Source: Trypanosoma brucei
Taxonomy: Eukaryota
Direction of reading: 5' to 3'
Assembly (NCBI GenBank): GCA_000002445.1
Contig: CM000207.1
Coordinates: 1,216,001 to 1,280,000 of the forward strand
Length of the DNA: 64,000 bases
Below are positions 10,906-23,700 of the stretch, piece after piece (within the stretch, counting starts at the first letter, position 1; each line of letters opens with the position of its first letter). Below the pieces are notes generated by a model that was not told the origin of the DNA, searched no databases, and worked only from the letters and a program-made list of their open reading frames with translations. A program made the translations under genes and the position numbers.

Positions 10906-11702
10906 GATAATTTGATATATAATATTATGAACTGGTGCCTAACAGTGCAAAAAATAAAAAATAAAAGTGAGGAATAAGGCACTTCGAACACGAAGTGGGA
11001 ACACCACAAATAAGGGGTAACGCGGAGACCAGTCAGATGATACGGACTTGCAACACACACACATATCAAAGTGCTTGTTAAGACAACACCTATACTTAGG
11101 GAAATTATGCCCTCCATAAACGGCGACAACAGCGTAGCCAATCGCGCACAAATAAAAAAAACGTCCGTATGGATCAATACCCAATCACCTGCGGTCACAT
11201 GAGGCCGTCTGACGGTGCTCAAGAAAAGCTGGAGATAAATTTGTCACCCCTGCCTTTCCTCACAAAGATACACAAAAAACAGGCAAAAAAACAGCGGAAA
11301 CGGGGCCCTTCGCGATGGTTTGCAGAGACCCTACAGGATCGAGAGGTGCCGTGAAAACCCACATGGACCATAGTATTCTTTCGCTCTCGATCAGTGCGTT
11401 GAGAAAAGTTACACGTGAGACTGGACGCGAGTTTGGGTCGTAGCGGCATCGTCTAAAAGCAATGAGGGTTCCCCTCATGGAAGTGGTGGCTCACGGGGCC
11501 CACACCCAACGAGAAGGTCCGGTGTCGCCGCCAAGCCCCGATCATCGTCGACGTCGGAGAAGGGAACCTCGCCAGTTCTATACGTCACACCACACGTGTT
11601 AGCAAAAAATCAAATAAAATGTCGGCGGTAAATCCGCGACCGGACCGGTTGGGGGTTCAAAAAAGAGTGTCAGAGTGTCAGAATCCACTACAAGGTGCCC
11701 CA

Positions 11703-12149
11703 CTATGTTTTATTCTCCCCTTCATCCACGCTGTGCTCGCTGCCGCCCAATTCACTCTCTTCATCAGAACCTAGAATGTCTGCGTTCTCAGTTTTGCCTC
11801 CCTCCAACTTGTACCTTGTGCGCCTTGCCTTCCGTTTGCTTGCCTTGGCACGTTTCTTCTGCTGTTTAGAGTTCAACGCCTCAACCTTCGCCCGATGCTC
11901 ACTCTCTCGCTTCGTCTTTTCCATTAGGCGCTCTGCTTCAGCCTGAAGCCGCTGGCGCCTCTCGGCCTCCCGTTCCTCAGCAAGGCGAACATGCTCATTT
12001 GTCTTCCCACCAGCCCCCGCTACAGTGGAACGGAGACGTGGGAGCGAACGCATTGTTTCAATGCTTTTCACATAGCGCTCGTGTTCTGCCTGCAGTCGGC
12101 GCTCCCGAGCGGCTTTCTCCTCTGGAGTTAAGGGTGGGAGATTCGACAT
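11703..12149 (-). CDS. Small, highly charged, coiled-coil hypothetical protein (~148 aa from the first ATG).
   Basis: The track ORF 11703..12164 starts at TTG. The first ATG is at 12147-12149 (MSNLPPLTPEEKAARERRLQAEHERYV...). Lys/Arg/Glu-rich with an acidic Ser-rich tail. Confidence 0.4.
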   Translation of the reverse strand: MSNLPPLTPEEKAARERRLQAEHERYVKSIETMRSLPRLRSTVAGAGGKTNEHVRLAEEREAERRQRLQAEAERLMEKTKRESEHRAKVEALNSKQQKKRAKASKRKARRTRYKLEGGKTENADILGSDEESELGGSEHSVDEGENKT

Positions 12150-12336
12150 CCTCCAGCGGACCAATTGTCCCTCACTATATCCCTACCACCTATATAGCAT
12201 CGGTTAGGCCAACAGTGGAGTGTAAAGGTCGCATGACCTTACCGGAAGAATACCAATGCAGAGAGGAGCATGGAAACAATTGTAATAACACGGAAATGCA
12301 CCCCTTCACCTCTTACTCTTCCATACGTCTCTTTAA

Positions 12337-14652
12337 TCACTCGCTCTTCTCCCTATCTCGTTTACGATTCACCTTTGGCTTCGCTGTGGGCGTAACCTCT
12401 CGTGGTAGGGGGAACTGCTGCGGGGACGTGGTCCGCACAGCGACGTACTTTCTGGTTCCCTTTGCAGTTGCCGCTGTATCAGCCCTTGCTTCTCTTTCCT
12501 GCAGCTTTGCCTTTTTATTTTGAAGTGAAGAAAAGCTTCCAGAAGCTGGCGTACCGATTACTCCTCCGGCTGTTAAGGCGTCCGCACTCACCTGACCACC
12601 ATCCGGCCGTCCTTGGGCCCTCCGCACCAACCCTGCTGAGCGACTGGTCATTGAGACACCTGAAGTGTCACCTTCTTGATATGTATACTTCCGTGCAGGA
12701 GTCCGACTTTTCGGGAGTTTGGGGAGACCAAACTCTCCAGCCTGCGTAGGGGGCGGAGACCAGCTGCTAGATAGCGCCCGATCGGAGCGATGCATTCCCT
12801 GGCGTTTCAATGTTTCGCACGACTCGGTGATCCATTCGCCGTCAGTATAGTTCAGAGCTGTGGGAGCAGAATGCACCTCGTCGTCTCCGTGTTTGACAGG
12901 AAGGGCTCTTCCATCCAATGAATGGCTGAAACCTGTGGCCTCCCTTTCCACATGGCAGGTTGAGGCCGCCAGTTGCACGTTGGTGATGTCATCCTGCAAA
13001 AAATTATTGTTCCCACGACCAGCAGAACCTGATTCCGCGGTTCGTGCGACCGGGAGGGGCTGGCGGCCACACCTAGGTATTTCTGGAAGCGGCGACGGAG
13101 ACAAAGAGGGCACGCGATGCTCCTCTTCCATGGTTGATTGAAGTTCATCACCCTCCTGTGGAGGGAATACCACAGTAGTTGGCGGTGACTGCGGTGTCAT
13201 CTCTTTTAACGCCATCTTCGAATGAATGGAATGACCTGAAGAAGCGGAAGATAGCGATTTTCTAGATGAATTATTTGCGATAACTACAGAAACTGAAGCA
13301 TCGCCACCACACACAGCTTCCTTGACGGCGGCTACTTCCTCTACTGCCGCGTTCGCCGCCGCACGAGATCCACAAAACCATGGTGTTCGATAGCGACGTA
13401 TCTTCTTCTGCTCCGGTTTCTGTGCTGGTACCTCTTCCGCCTCTGTGAAGTACGGGAGATAACTCGAAGAAGAGGGGTTGCCCAGGTCCCCTCCGCCACC
13501 AGAACGGAGGCCTTTCTCATCTAAGAAGCACTCCAGGTGGTCACTTGGAAGAACGGGGAGTGTCTCCACGTTGGGGCAGAAGTCCTCCCTATCCCGGTAG
13601 GCTTTAGTGGCCCGCACACTTGGAGCCGCTTCTTCTGGTTCGTATCCATACCCCTGTTCAACACTGTTAGAAGCTCCTTTGCACATAACGTCCTCCCGAG
13701 TCTGATTCGACGGTAAAACGTCCGACAACGCAACAAAATCGGAAACTTGAGGTTGAGGAGGGCAATCACCCCCAGCAAGAGAGCTTGTCACAGAACATCT
13801 GGCAATGTTATCGTTGCACTCATCAGCCTCGTCTTCACTTAAACTTAGGACCTTACTCCGTTGACTCCCACGCAAATCACCAAGTGACTCGAATATATTT
13901 GAAGGCGGAACGCACTTTCTCGGCTTTTCTAACTCGGTATCCCCTCCGCAAGACTGCACAAACACATCTTCAACTTCGGGTCTGTAAAGCGGATCTGGTG
14001 CCAACAAAACGCATTCCGCATCGCCCTCTGGGCTCACTTTCGGAGAATACAACGAAGTTAAATGTAGAGGTGCCTGGACTGTTGCTGTTGCACAAGAAGA
14101 CGAAGGAGACGCCTCGGGAACTGCTGTTCGATTATCGCGGAACACTTGTGTGGAGCGGCCTCGTTTCTTCTGCTGAGTGCCGGTTGAAGAAGAGACATCC
14201 ACATCCACAAGGCGATTTACTGATTCCATGTTGCATTCCTGCCACTCAACCGACGCACTGCCACTCTCGCTAGTTCGCTTGTGTGACGGTGGTAGTATTC
14301 CGCATGTTGCGAAGATTGCTCCGTGTTTCAAAACATTTGGCCCCTCAACACGCTGCTTAGCTGCCGATAGCTGGCCTCCCAAAGAAGATGCGTCACCGGG
14401 AGGGGACGACGGCCGGAGTAAAGTAGAAACACCACCACTTTTGTGTGGCGACATTGAAGTTTCCTCGTGCTGGCCGTTACACTCCTTCCTCTGTAAAATA
14501 TAAAGTCTCATTTTATCTGGTGTCGGAGACGCTGAAGTTACGCCATACAATCGTTCCCACATGTGAAAAGTGGCAGAAGAAAGAATTGCATCTTCAACGG
14601 TAACCTCTGAACCTATGAAATCTGCTATTGGACTAAGTTCACACAACTTCAT
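12337..14652 (-). CDS. Ser/Pro-rich low-complexity hypothetical protein (~771 aa from the first ATG).
   Basis: The track ORF 12337..14823 starts at TTG. The first ATG is at 14650-14652 (MKLCELSPIADFIGSEV...). Long uninterrupted ORF in the same orientation as its neighbours. No recognisable domain. Confidence 0.45.
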   Translation of the reverse strand: MKLCELSPIADFIGSEVTVEDAILSSATFHMWERLYGVTSASPTPDKMRLYILQRKECNGQHEETSMSPHKSGGVSTLLRPSSPPGDASSLGGQLSAAKQRVEGPNVLKHGAIFATCGILPPSHKRTSESGSASVEWQECNMESVNRLVDVDVSSSTGTQQKKRGRSTQVFRDNRTAVPEASPSSSCATATVQAPLHLTSLYSPKVSPEGDAECVLLAPDPLYRPEVEDVFVQSCGGDTELEKPRKCVPPSNIFESLGDLRGSQRSKVLSLSEDEADECNDNIARCSVTSSLAGGDCPPQPQVSDFVALSDVLPSNQTREDVMCKGASNSVEQGYGYEPEEAAPSVRATKAYRDREDFCPNVETLPVLPSDHLECFLDEKGLRSGGGGDLGNPSSSSYLPYFTEAEEVPAQKPEQKKIRRYRTPWFCGSRAAANAAVEEVAAVKEAVCGGDASVSVVIANNSSRKSLSSASSGHSIHSKMALKEMTPQSPPTTVVFPPQEGDELQSTMEEEHRVPSLSPSPLPEIPRCGRQPLPVARTAESGSAGRGNNNFLQDDITNVQLAASTCHVEREATGFSHSLDGRALPVKHGDDEVHSAPTALNYTDGEWITESCETLKRQGMHRSDRALSSSWSPPPTQAGEFGLPKLPKSRTPARKYTYQEGDTSGVSMTSRSAGLVRRAQGRPDGGQVSADALTAGGVIGTPASGSFSSLQNKKAKLQEREARADTAATAKGTRKYVAVRTTSPQQFPLPREVTPTAKPKVNRKRDREKSE

Positions 14653-17600
14653 TTTCCACTGCTTCTTCGCACGGCAAAGTGCCGCTCTGTATGAGAAACA
14701 ATTTTTTGTTTTAATCCTCAATGGGATAAACAGTACAGTGCACTTAATATGAGTGAAAGGAAAGGGAGTACTTGCAACAGAGAAGGTAAGAAAAAAGAAA
14801 CAGCTACACCAGTGGAAGCACAACGTTCAGCTTGACACCGTTTACGTTAAATAACATACTTACGAATGCGGGACACATAAGTGGTACATGGGGAGGAGGT
14901 GAACAGTATTATAACATAGCCAACAGCACAAACTAACATTTCTAGTATTTCCCTACTTCTCGTTAAAAGTAAAATAATGCCGTTTCAACATGCTTCCACC
15001 ACGTAGTATGTAAAGGGAAAACAACGAGGAGAACCTACAACCACTACGTTTAGGTCAGTCGTGGCGTCTCAACGCGCATTAACGCGCATTGAAAAGTAAT
15101 ATCGACAAAAAATGGTACGATTAGATGCTGCTATATTGTTTATTTTCTTATAGTGTACACCTGGGTCACTTAACTGCGTATGACGGTGGGGGACACAATT
15201 TTGCGACAAGATGTTGTGTGGAACAAATATATGTAATTAAATAAAGTTCACAAAGCGTACTGAATGACGCCACGATGCCCCTCCAACAAGTGGAAAACAA
15301 TAGTAGCAGCTACTGTCACTAATAAATTGTAATGATAGTTTTTCAAGAAAGTTTTTTTCTTTTACACTCTGACAAAAAACAAGCAAATAAGAAACGTGCG
15401 ATCCCCCCCCCCCCAAGGTAAAAACGTTTCTTTCTGGTGCCTCACATCACATTAAAAAAACAGACTAATACAACCACCTGTCGTAAATGATGCTTAAAAC
15501 TCTTGGTTTTTTTTTTAAAGATAGCAACGTGATTAATCGAACTGAACCAGTCAAAGCAATATCCGGATAAATGGTGTCCCTTAAAATGGGGCAAAAAGAA
15601 GGTATGAGAGGTAAAAGTAAAAAATTATAACAAGGCTTCCCCCTAACGTCAAACAAACACCCGCTCAGATTTTAAAACCAGCCTCAACACCAGTTTTGCA
15701 GGTCCTTTTACTCGAAAAAAAATATTGAAAGTTAGTAAATCATCTACATCTAGCGTACATTGGTGAAAATTCGTACCAGACACGTGTATGTTAAGGCACA
15801 AAACTCTCCGATTCAGCTTCTGCATTTGCACATGCGATATTAAGAAAACAGAATATTTTTGCAGCCCGTTAAACAATGTACCTGAACAACAAAAGACCAA
15901 CCTGCTCCTGCAACCCTCGTTGCGTGATTGTGTTGTCAGTGAGTGCCAAAGAAGTTGGTACACTCAGCAAATCTTACGAGTAAAGCACACTCACCTCCTG
16001 TCCATTGCTCGAAGATGATAATACTGATACAATTTTTTTCCTGTCGTAGTTAACCTCCTTCGTACCCCCTACACGCGCAAAATATATACATATTTTCATA
16101 TTAATTCCAGTACACAACTGATTTCTAACAGTCACTGAAAAGTCATTGCAAAAAAAAAAAAATGTGAAGCACATGAAACACTGGGAAGCGGGGATGGCAT
16201 CCACACAGTTTCTTGTAGTGGCATGAGGAAAGGATAGTAGAAACGAAAATAATTATTCTACACTTCACATCTCCGCCCCTGTCTCCTCATCAATAAGTCG
16301 TTAAGTGACGTCATATGGACCGAAAAAAAATAATTAAAGAGGGCCTGTCGTAGTAACAATGAAAATACTAAAAGAATGTATAATGAAACAAATGGCATTA
16401 AAAGTAAAATGATGTTCTCGTGTACCTCGCAGCGTAACTTTTAGAGAACCGACACCACAAACACGCACAGCAGTTCTCTCTACTGCGCACGAACCTGTAG
16501 CAAAAGGGGGACAGACGGCGACCCACGGTTGTGTATTATTATTGTTACTTCCACTCTCCTTATTGTTCTCCATCGAGTATCGCTGATGCCTTATACTGCA
16601 CTGGTGTATGCGACATTACGTCCACACAGAGAGCGTAGAGCATTCAAGAGTCTTTCCATCCATTCCCGGGAAATAATATGGAAAAAGGGAAGAGACAGTG
16701 TGAAGTCCACTCTTTTTTGATCCAATAATCCCCACAGTGGCGTTAGCCTACAAGTGACACGCTTCCGTGTTATGGGTAAATTTGGGGGTTTCGCATACCG
16801 GCGACACCATCACGAGGAAAAAAGTTTACATATAGCGTGACGTCACGTTTTAAAAAAAAAATCTCAAGCGAAAGCGAGGATGAAAAACGCATTAAATAAT
16901 CGAATGTTACAAGCACATTCAACGAAAAGTATCCATAGAAAATTTGCAAAACTGTACCGCAAAAGTGGAGGAATATACGATTTCTCCTCCATTGCACCAC
17001 CCGCTCGCCCCAAAAATATAACGTGTACCATTTAAAAGAGGGTGTCAAAGGCAACCCGCTGTAACTCCAAGTTTAGGGGGAAGGGAATGACAGTGACCTT
17101 CCAATGCAGACACACATATCCATCCAATATGCATTCATAACTGAATTTCAAGAAGGGGGAAAAACGTTCATCTTTATTCAAAGAAATATCTGACGTGGTA
17201 ACCTGCGGTCATCTACTGCTTCAAAAGTGTAACTGACGGTGAAAGTCGCGATTCGCGTTTCGACAGAATACCAGCACACCCCTTTGACGGTAGCAGGTTC
17301 AAGTGAAATGGAATTTCCTCACCTTTTCTTTCCTTTTTTTTTGCACTAAGAGTAAGCCTTTCCAATATTACCCGAGGTTAGTGATGGACACTTGCCTTCT
17401 TTCCACTCATCACCCAAGCCTCTGTAACTCGAAAACCGAGAAACAAAACCAATTACATTAGTATAAGGTGCTGTATTTCCTGCTCGCATTGTTAAATATA
17501 CCACATGCTCGATTCCCACCGTCACGGGTAGGTCGCGGTAAACCCTTACAAAAACTAAAGGCATGCGTACCTAATTGCACGGTAACGAATACGTCAAAAT

Positions 17601-18133
17601 TCTTTACGTCCCAATCCATACGTGCACACTTCCACCTGGACCTCACTGTCGCATATCATTGATCAAAACCGCGGGTACACCGGGGACACAAACCGTAGCA
17701 ACACACCTCTGAAAGATCTCACCTCCCATTTAACAGAGAGCCGGTTCAACGATGCCAAACATCGCGCTAAACGCAGCACTAATAAAATAAGTGAGTGAAG
17801 ACCCGAAATGCTAGTTGCATCAAAATAAACATTTTCACTTTTCCTAATACAATTTTTAGACTAATCCCCAATATCAATAAGTCTCATCGGGGAAACATAA
17901 ATGTAGTATGAAGACAACAGAATGAGCAAGTCCAAGCAAATGATTATAATTACAAGGTTTGATGTTCACCATTACAAAGACAAACATGTTCATGTAACCG
18001 CAACAAAGGAATAAATAAATAATGGAAATTCCTACCAATCATCTGAAGAAAAAATACCTGAGAAAATTCGCACGAAAATTACATGTACTAATAAACTAAA
18101 AACTACGATATATTCCCTACAGTAGTGACCAAC

Positions 18134-18736
18134 TTACTTCATCTCCGCATATTGAGGAGCTTGGCCATATCTGTACCACCAAACCAGGAGGGTGATGACA
18201 AAGGCAAAAAGTGTGCTGGCGAAAGTGGAATACCAAATAATCGCCATAAACTCCTCATCTGTACCGGGTCGAGAATTTTGGTGTGTAGCATTTTCCGTTA
18301 CACCGACGAGGTTAGTCGATTCACATACGAAAAGAACACGGGTCCATAGCTCTTGCATGTGTTTCTTGTAGTCATTACTCATCTTTTTGCTCGTCATGTA
18401 GCTCGTCAGGCGCCGTACTTCATACTCGTCTTTAGGAATAATGCTTCCCATATGATCCAACTCCACAGTATTCGTGATAGTTGCTGCGTAGCAACCCTTC
18501 TTAAAGGTCATCTTATCTTTCATATACGCCTTGACAACATCATTGAAACGAATTTCTGCGGCTGTACGAACCTTCAATCGGAAAACGTGACGACGAAGTG
18601 GGTAGTATACCTTATTGATCTCCTTGTAAACAAATTTCTTCGCAAGAGAGCTGGTGTAATTACATAAGGGGTTCGACTGACCCCCAAAGGTCGCCGTAGC
18701 ACCCCCGAGGGTCATGTTACCAAAGTTCATAGTCAT
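18134..18736 (-). CDS. Hypothetical 200 aa protein with a single C-terminal transmembrane helix (tail-anchored topology).
   Basis: ATG verified at 18734-18736. C-terminal IIWYSTFASTLFAFVITLLVWWY hydrophobic helix followed by the short tail RYGQAPQYAEMK. Confidence 0.45.
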   Translation of the reverse strand: MTMNFGNMTLGGATATFGGQSNPLCNYTSSLAKKFVYKEINKVYYPLRRHVFRLKVRTAAEIRFNDVVKAYMKDKMTFKKGCYAATITNTVELDHMGSIIPKDEYEVRRLTSYMTSKKMSNDYKKHMQELWTRVLFVCESTNLVGVTENATHQNSRPGTDEEFMAIIWYSTFASTLFAFVITLLVWWYRYGQAPQYAEMK

Positions 18737-20763
18737 TATTATTGATTCTAACGAATACTTGGAATATGTTTACAGGTAAATGTGGGATAACTACGATGCA
18801 AAGAAAAGGGAAGTACAAACATGTGCGTCAGCGCCCCTTGTGGGAAAAGGGATTATAAGATTTTCCATCACTTCTATTCAGTTAAAAGAAATATTTATAC
18901 AATCCACAGAACAGGACGAAGGACCTCTCGAAGACAAATTGTAAAAAGGGTGAATAACGGTCCAGTACCCTGTTCAAAGGAAACGACGTAACACTTAAAA
19001 CATTGCAGGTGACGGCTACAAAACTCATAGCATACGTAATGTTGAGTGAAAAAAGAAAAATAAAACTCAGTACTTTTAAACCCCTAGAGGAATATCCAAA
19101 GCCAACGGAAGTTTCGTCTTGTCGTATCGCAACAGGGAAGATTGCACAAAAATTTTAGGAAGAGGCAAGTGTGAAGGGGAAGGAGGCAACCAAATTACAG
19201 GGATACCATCTCCAGCTCTCCACATTCCTTTAAAGAGACCACACACGAAGCGGAGCCATCCAGTACGAAGGGAATTCTATGTGGACAACAAGCCGGAAAC
19301 AGCAGCACCAAGAGACTCCCTCCACAACAAACGCAGAGAGGTTAAAAGCACAAACCTTTCCCGATAGATTTTTAGGGCACATAAATGTCAAGAAGGTACA
19401 AAACCTACATTTTCCTGTTATGCGCCAATGCTGTCACGCAGCTGCCGCTACCTTTTGCTCCCACCGACAAAATAGCAGCATCCAAAATTCTCTGCATACG
19501 CAGCCATCTACAATAAAAAAAAGTTTTGGTATCTTGCAAATACTCATCGTATACACCCTCCGCTCTTGACGTAAAATTGGACGAACCTTCACCACTTGTA
19601 GTGGCGGTAGCTTCGGGCAACTATCACCTCTTCTCCATACATCTACATTCGGCACCCCTTTCCTACAAATAAAAAGTAATCTGCGGAAAGGCGCCAGCAG
19701 TCGTCCCACACTGCCTCGAAGTGCGGCAATCAACTTCTCTGATAGCGCCTCCCAGCAACGCGGCCGCGTGCCAGCAATTGTTTTTCATTACGGTCGATCT
19801 ACTTGAAGGTCAAGGGTATGGTGGTTTTCCTCTTATATCCTGTTTCCAGTCGTTTTTTTTCGCGATCGCACCCCACCAACAAATATATGGGCCATAATAG
19901 CGGGACCCTGCACTATGTGTGGCGCCCCGACGTAGCGAAACTGCAACGGTGCCCCGGCACGGACCAAAACCGCCAAAAGAAAATGGCGTTTTAGGGCATC
20001 ACCGGCACCACCAGTTCCCTGTGACGTCGGAGTAGAAACACAACAGATAACATCTCGCAAGTGCGGGATCGCTCTGGCCCCTGATTTTAGCCGGAGCGGC
20101 GCAGGTTAATGTCAACCGGTGCCTGAAATGGAGAACCTTAATCATCATCAGGCGCTGCGTGGCAAGCCGCGTTCTGCAGCTGGGCTACAAGCCTATATAC
20201 CAAACGTCAGCGTTACAAAGGACCATCTCCCACTGCTCTGGAGAATAAAGTATTTAAAAAAACGAACTGCCGTCCCACTTCGGTTGTCACTAAAACCACT
20301 AAACCGTTAGGGGGGAGCAAGCACGCACCACTCAGCAGATCATCTTCAGTGTGAGAGCGAGGGCTAATTAGCGGTCCCTACAGCGACGCAAACGAAGAGG
20401 CTTTGTGGCTTCCCCAACCCTCTTGTAAAACAAAAAAAATAGCTTGGGTTTCAACACCACCGAACCCGAAACACCGGCAAAACACGGAACAAGAGAGAGC
20501 TGTGCGGTGCCCGACGCCATGCAAGCAAAAGGATGCGTGAGGGAACGGTATGCAGCGGCATACTGGCTTTTTGTGTGGTTGCAGGTGAAGCTCGGATTGT
20601 CCTCTAAAGCAACGAGGCATATGATCCAGAGCGCAAGGGGAAGCCGCAACGTGGATCTCCGAAATTTGGCACTGTTAAAACACAGCAAGCCCATATAGGT
20701 GAAGAACACGAGGCTTGCCGTGGCCTGCGGGAGTGGGCAGCGGAAGGAGTTGAGTAGTTTAAG

Positions 20764-23700
20764 TTGAAGACCCTGGCGATGCCGGCCACCTCAACGTGGT
20801 GCCAGGGTCCAGTACCCCGTATCATCGGGGGGAGCCAAGAGCCAGCAGCGTTCCTTTCATGGGGAACACTGCTGTGCTCCGGCTACGGCATCATACAGCA
20901 CAGGGATCAGCAGCGTCTTGCTGGGACACCGTTTTTCATTTGTCGGTCCGTGGGCACGTCCAAGCGTGCCAGCTGCAGTATCATCCGCACTAAGATGCTG
21001 CTGTCCAGTGATGTGGAAGAGAATCCCCGCCCGTCGTTGCGCGGGATGCAGTGGAACTGCGCCGGGCTATCTCAAGGAAAGAGATTAGCACTCCACAAAA
21101 CCCTTGTTGATGAGCGGATCGCCTTTTGTCTGTTGAGCGAGACAAGGATGACGCCTGGAGAGGCGGCTTGCTTTAGTGTTGCTGGCTACCAACATCACTG
21201 AATAGCTCGTAACTGCAAAGGAGGTGGTGTATCAATACTAGTGAGGGAGGACCTACCAGTCGAGACCGGTATGGCCGTTGTTGGTCGCATTGAACAAGTG
21301 CATGCAACAATTCACCTTGCACGTGGAACGGCGCTGACTGTCACGTCGGCATACATCCCACCAAAACACACCTTCACGGCAACTGACCTAGATACGCTTC
21401 TGACAACTGACGGTGCCCAGCTCATCGGTGCAGACGCTAACGCACACGCGTTGGCATGGGATCGCGCGAGCCCACCAAATACCAGGGGTGAAACCCTCAC
21501 ACAGTGATGCATTGACAACCAGTTTCTGGTCTGCAACACTGGTGAGTGCACAAGGTACGCACGCCACCACGGGGAGTCCACCCCTGATGTGACACTGTCA
21601 AGGAATTGCACAGTGTACACGTGGACATCGCTGTATTCTCCCGATAGCGATCACCATCACATATTTTTCGACGTTATCGTTGGAGACGACACAGATGCAC
21701 TGAGTTGCCCGCGGCTTCGAAAGCCCATGTACGCATGGCTAAGAGCTGACTGGAGGAATTTCCGTCTCAAGGTTGACGAGCTCTGCAGGAAAATTGGTAG
21801 AGAGAAGAACCTCAACAGCCTGGAACAGAAATTGAGCTCCGCCATCCGCATTGCGATGAAGGTCTCCGTCCCCCGTGGCTGCAGAGCAACGCCACCACAT
21901 TGGACACCTACACTCCCGAAACTCGATGAAGAGATCGCTGGATGCGGGCCCTCCCACCGAAGGGAAAAGTTGGTAGCCACCCGTAAGCAGATTCTGGACC
22001 GTACCACAAAGAAGAGATGGAGCACGCTATGCTCCAGACTTGCGGTGTCAGACCGCTGTAGTTGGCACATTGTCAAGAAGGTATATGCGCCACGACCACT
22101 AACCACAGCGGCGGTGCTGGTTGATAAGGCGGCCATCACGGACTACCGTCAAGCTGAGAGGTTCAGTAAACTGTACTCGTCCCGCGCAAGAAGGCACCCC
22201 GACTCACACCCACCGGCACCCATAAAGACGATAGCGAGTGAGTTTAGTCCCATCACGATGGCTGAACTACGGAGATCGATCAAACTGCTACCGAGTGGAT
22301 CCGCAGCCGGACCTGATTGCTTATACAACGAGGCACTGCAACATCTCGGCAGAACAGCGCTGAATGTTGTTCTGAGGCTATTCAATGAGAGGCTACGAAC
22401 GGGAGTCGTGCCGCCTGCATGGAAGACTGGTGTTATCATCCCCATCCTGAAGGCCGGAAAAAAGGCGGAGGACCTCGATTCTTACAGGCCTGTGACGCTC
22501 ACGAGCTGTCTCTGCAAAGTCATGGAGCGCATAATTGCCGCGAGGCTTAGAGACACTGTTGAGTCCCAGCTGACACCGCAGCAATCAGGCTTTCGCCCCG
22601 GATGCTCAACGCTCGAACAACTGCTGCACGTCCGCGCTGCCCTCTGCCGCCCCACGCACCAATATCGTACGGGTGCTGTATTCGTCGACTACGAGAAGGC
22701 ATTCGATACAGTAGACCACGACAAAATTGCGAGGGAAATGCACAGAATGAAGGTATCACCCCACATTGTGAAGTGGTGCGTATCATTTCTGAGTAACCGA
22801 ACTGGCAGAGTGAGATTCAAGGAGAAGCTTTTCAGCAGCAGAACATTTGAGCGAGGAATGCCACAAGGAACTGTCCTTGGCCCAATCATGTTCATTATTG
22901 TCATGAACTCATTGAGCCAACGCCTTGCAGAAGTGCCGTTACTGCAGCACGGATTCTTTGCAGACGACCTGACGCTACATGCGAGGCACACAGAGAGGGA
23001 TGTCATCAACCACACACTACAATGCGGCCTCAACGTGGTGTTACAGTGGTCAAAAGAGTACTTCATGTTTATCAATTGTAGCGAAAACGAAGTGCACACT
23101 CTTCGGGTGTATAGAGCGCCACCCCCTTACATTGCAACTGGATGGCGAAAGAATAGGAGCTGGCAGGACACCGAAGCTTCTAGGAGTAACATTCCAGTGT
23201 CTGCAGGGGATGGCAACACATGCGGCCGAAACGAGACGCAAGATGGACTTCAGACTACTGCAGATAGCAGCCATCTCAGCTTCTACATGGGGGCCAAGAC
23301 GACAAGTGCTGAGAGCTTTTTATCTAGCACTCGTACAGGCACACACCATGTATGGCATTGAGGTATGGTACTGGGACGCTTCGGAACGAAGTCGCGACCT
23401 CCTTGCATCAGCACAACACAAAGCCAGTCGCATCATAGCCGGCATACCGCATGGGACGCGCAAAGAGGACTCTCTGCTGGAAGCAAACCTCCTGCCACTC
23501 AGGACGACCACTCTTGTGCGCAGCATGAAATTCATGCTGATGTGTGAGTCACGAGGCGGATGTTTGTGCCGCAGTGCTGAGGAAGTATACCACAGCAAAC
23601 ACCCAGTCAGAGCCCTACATTCCCGCATCATGCGGTCCTATCCCCACCTCCGCATTGAGCCACGCGAGCACCCACTAGAGACATCGACGCTCCGCCACAG

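Noticed and set aside
12164-14823. Upstream extensions of the track ORFs (11703..12164, 12337..14823, 58656..60269, and the A/B genes starting at 30468, 40959, 42048 and 53565).
   Set aside because: I checked these start codons in the sequence. They are GTG or TTG, not ATG. The CDS were re-anchored at the first in-frame ATG, which for the array genes coincides with a signal peptide.
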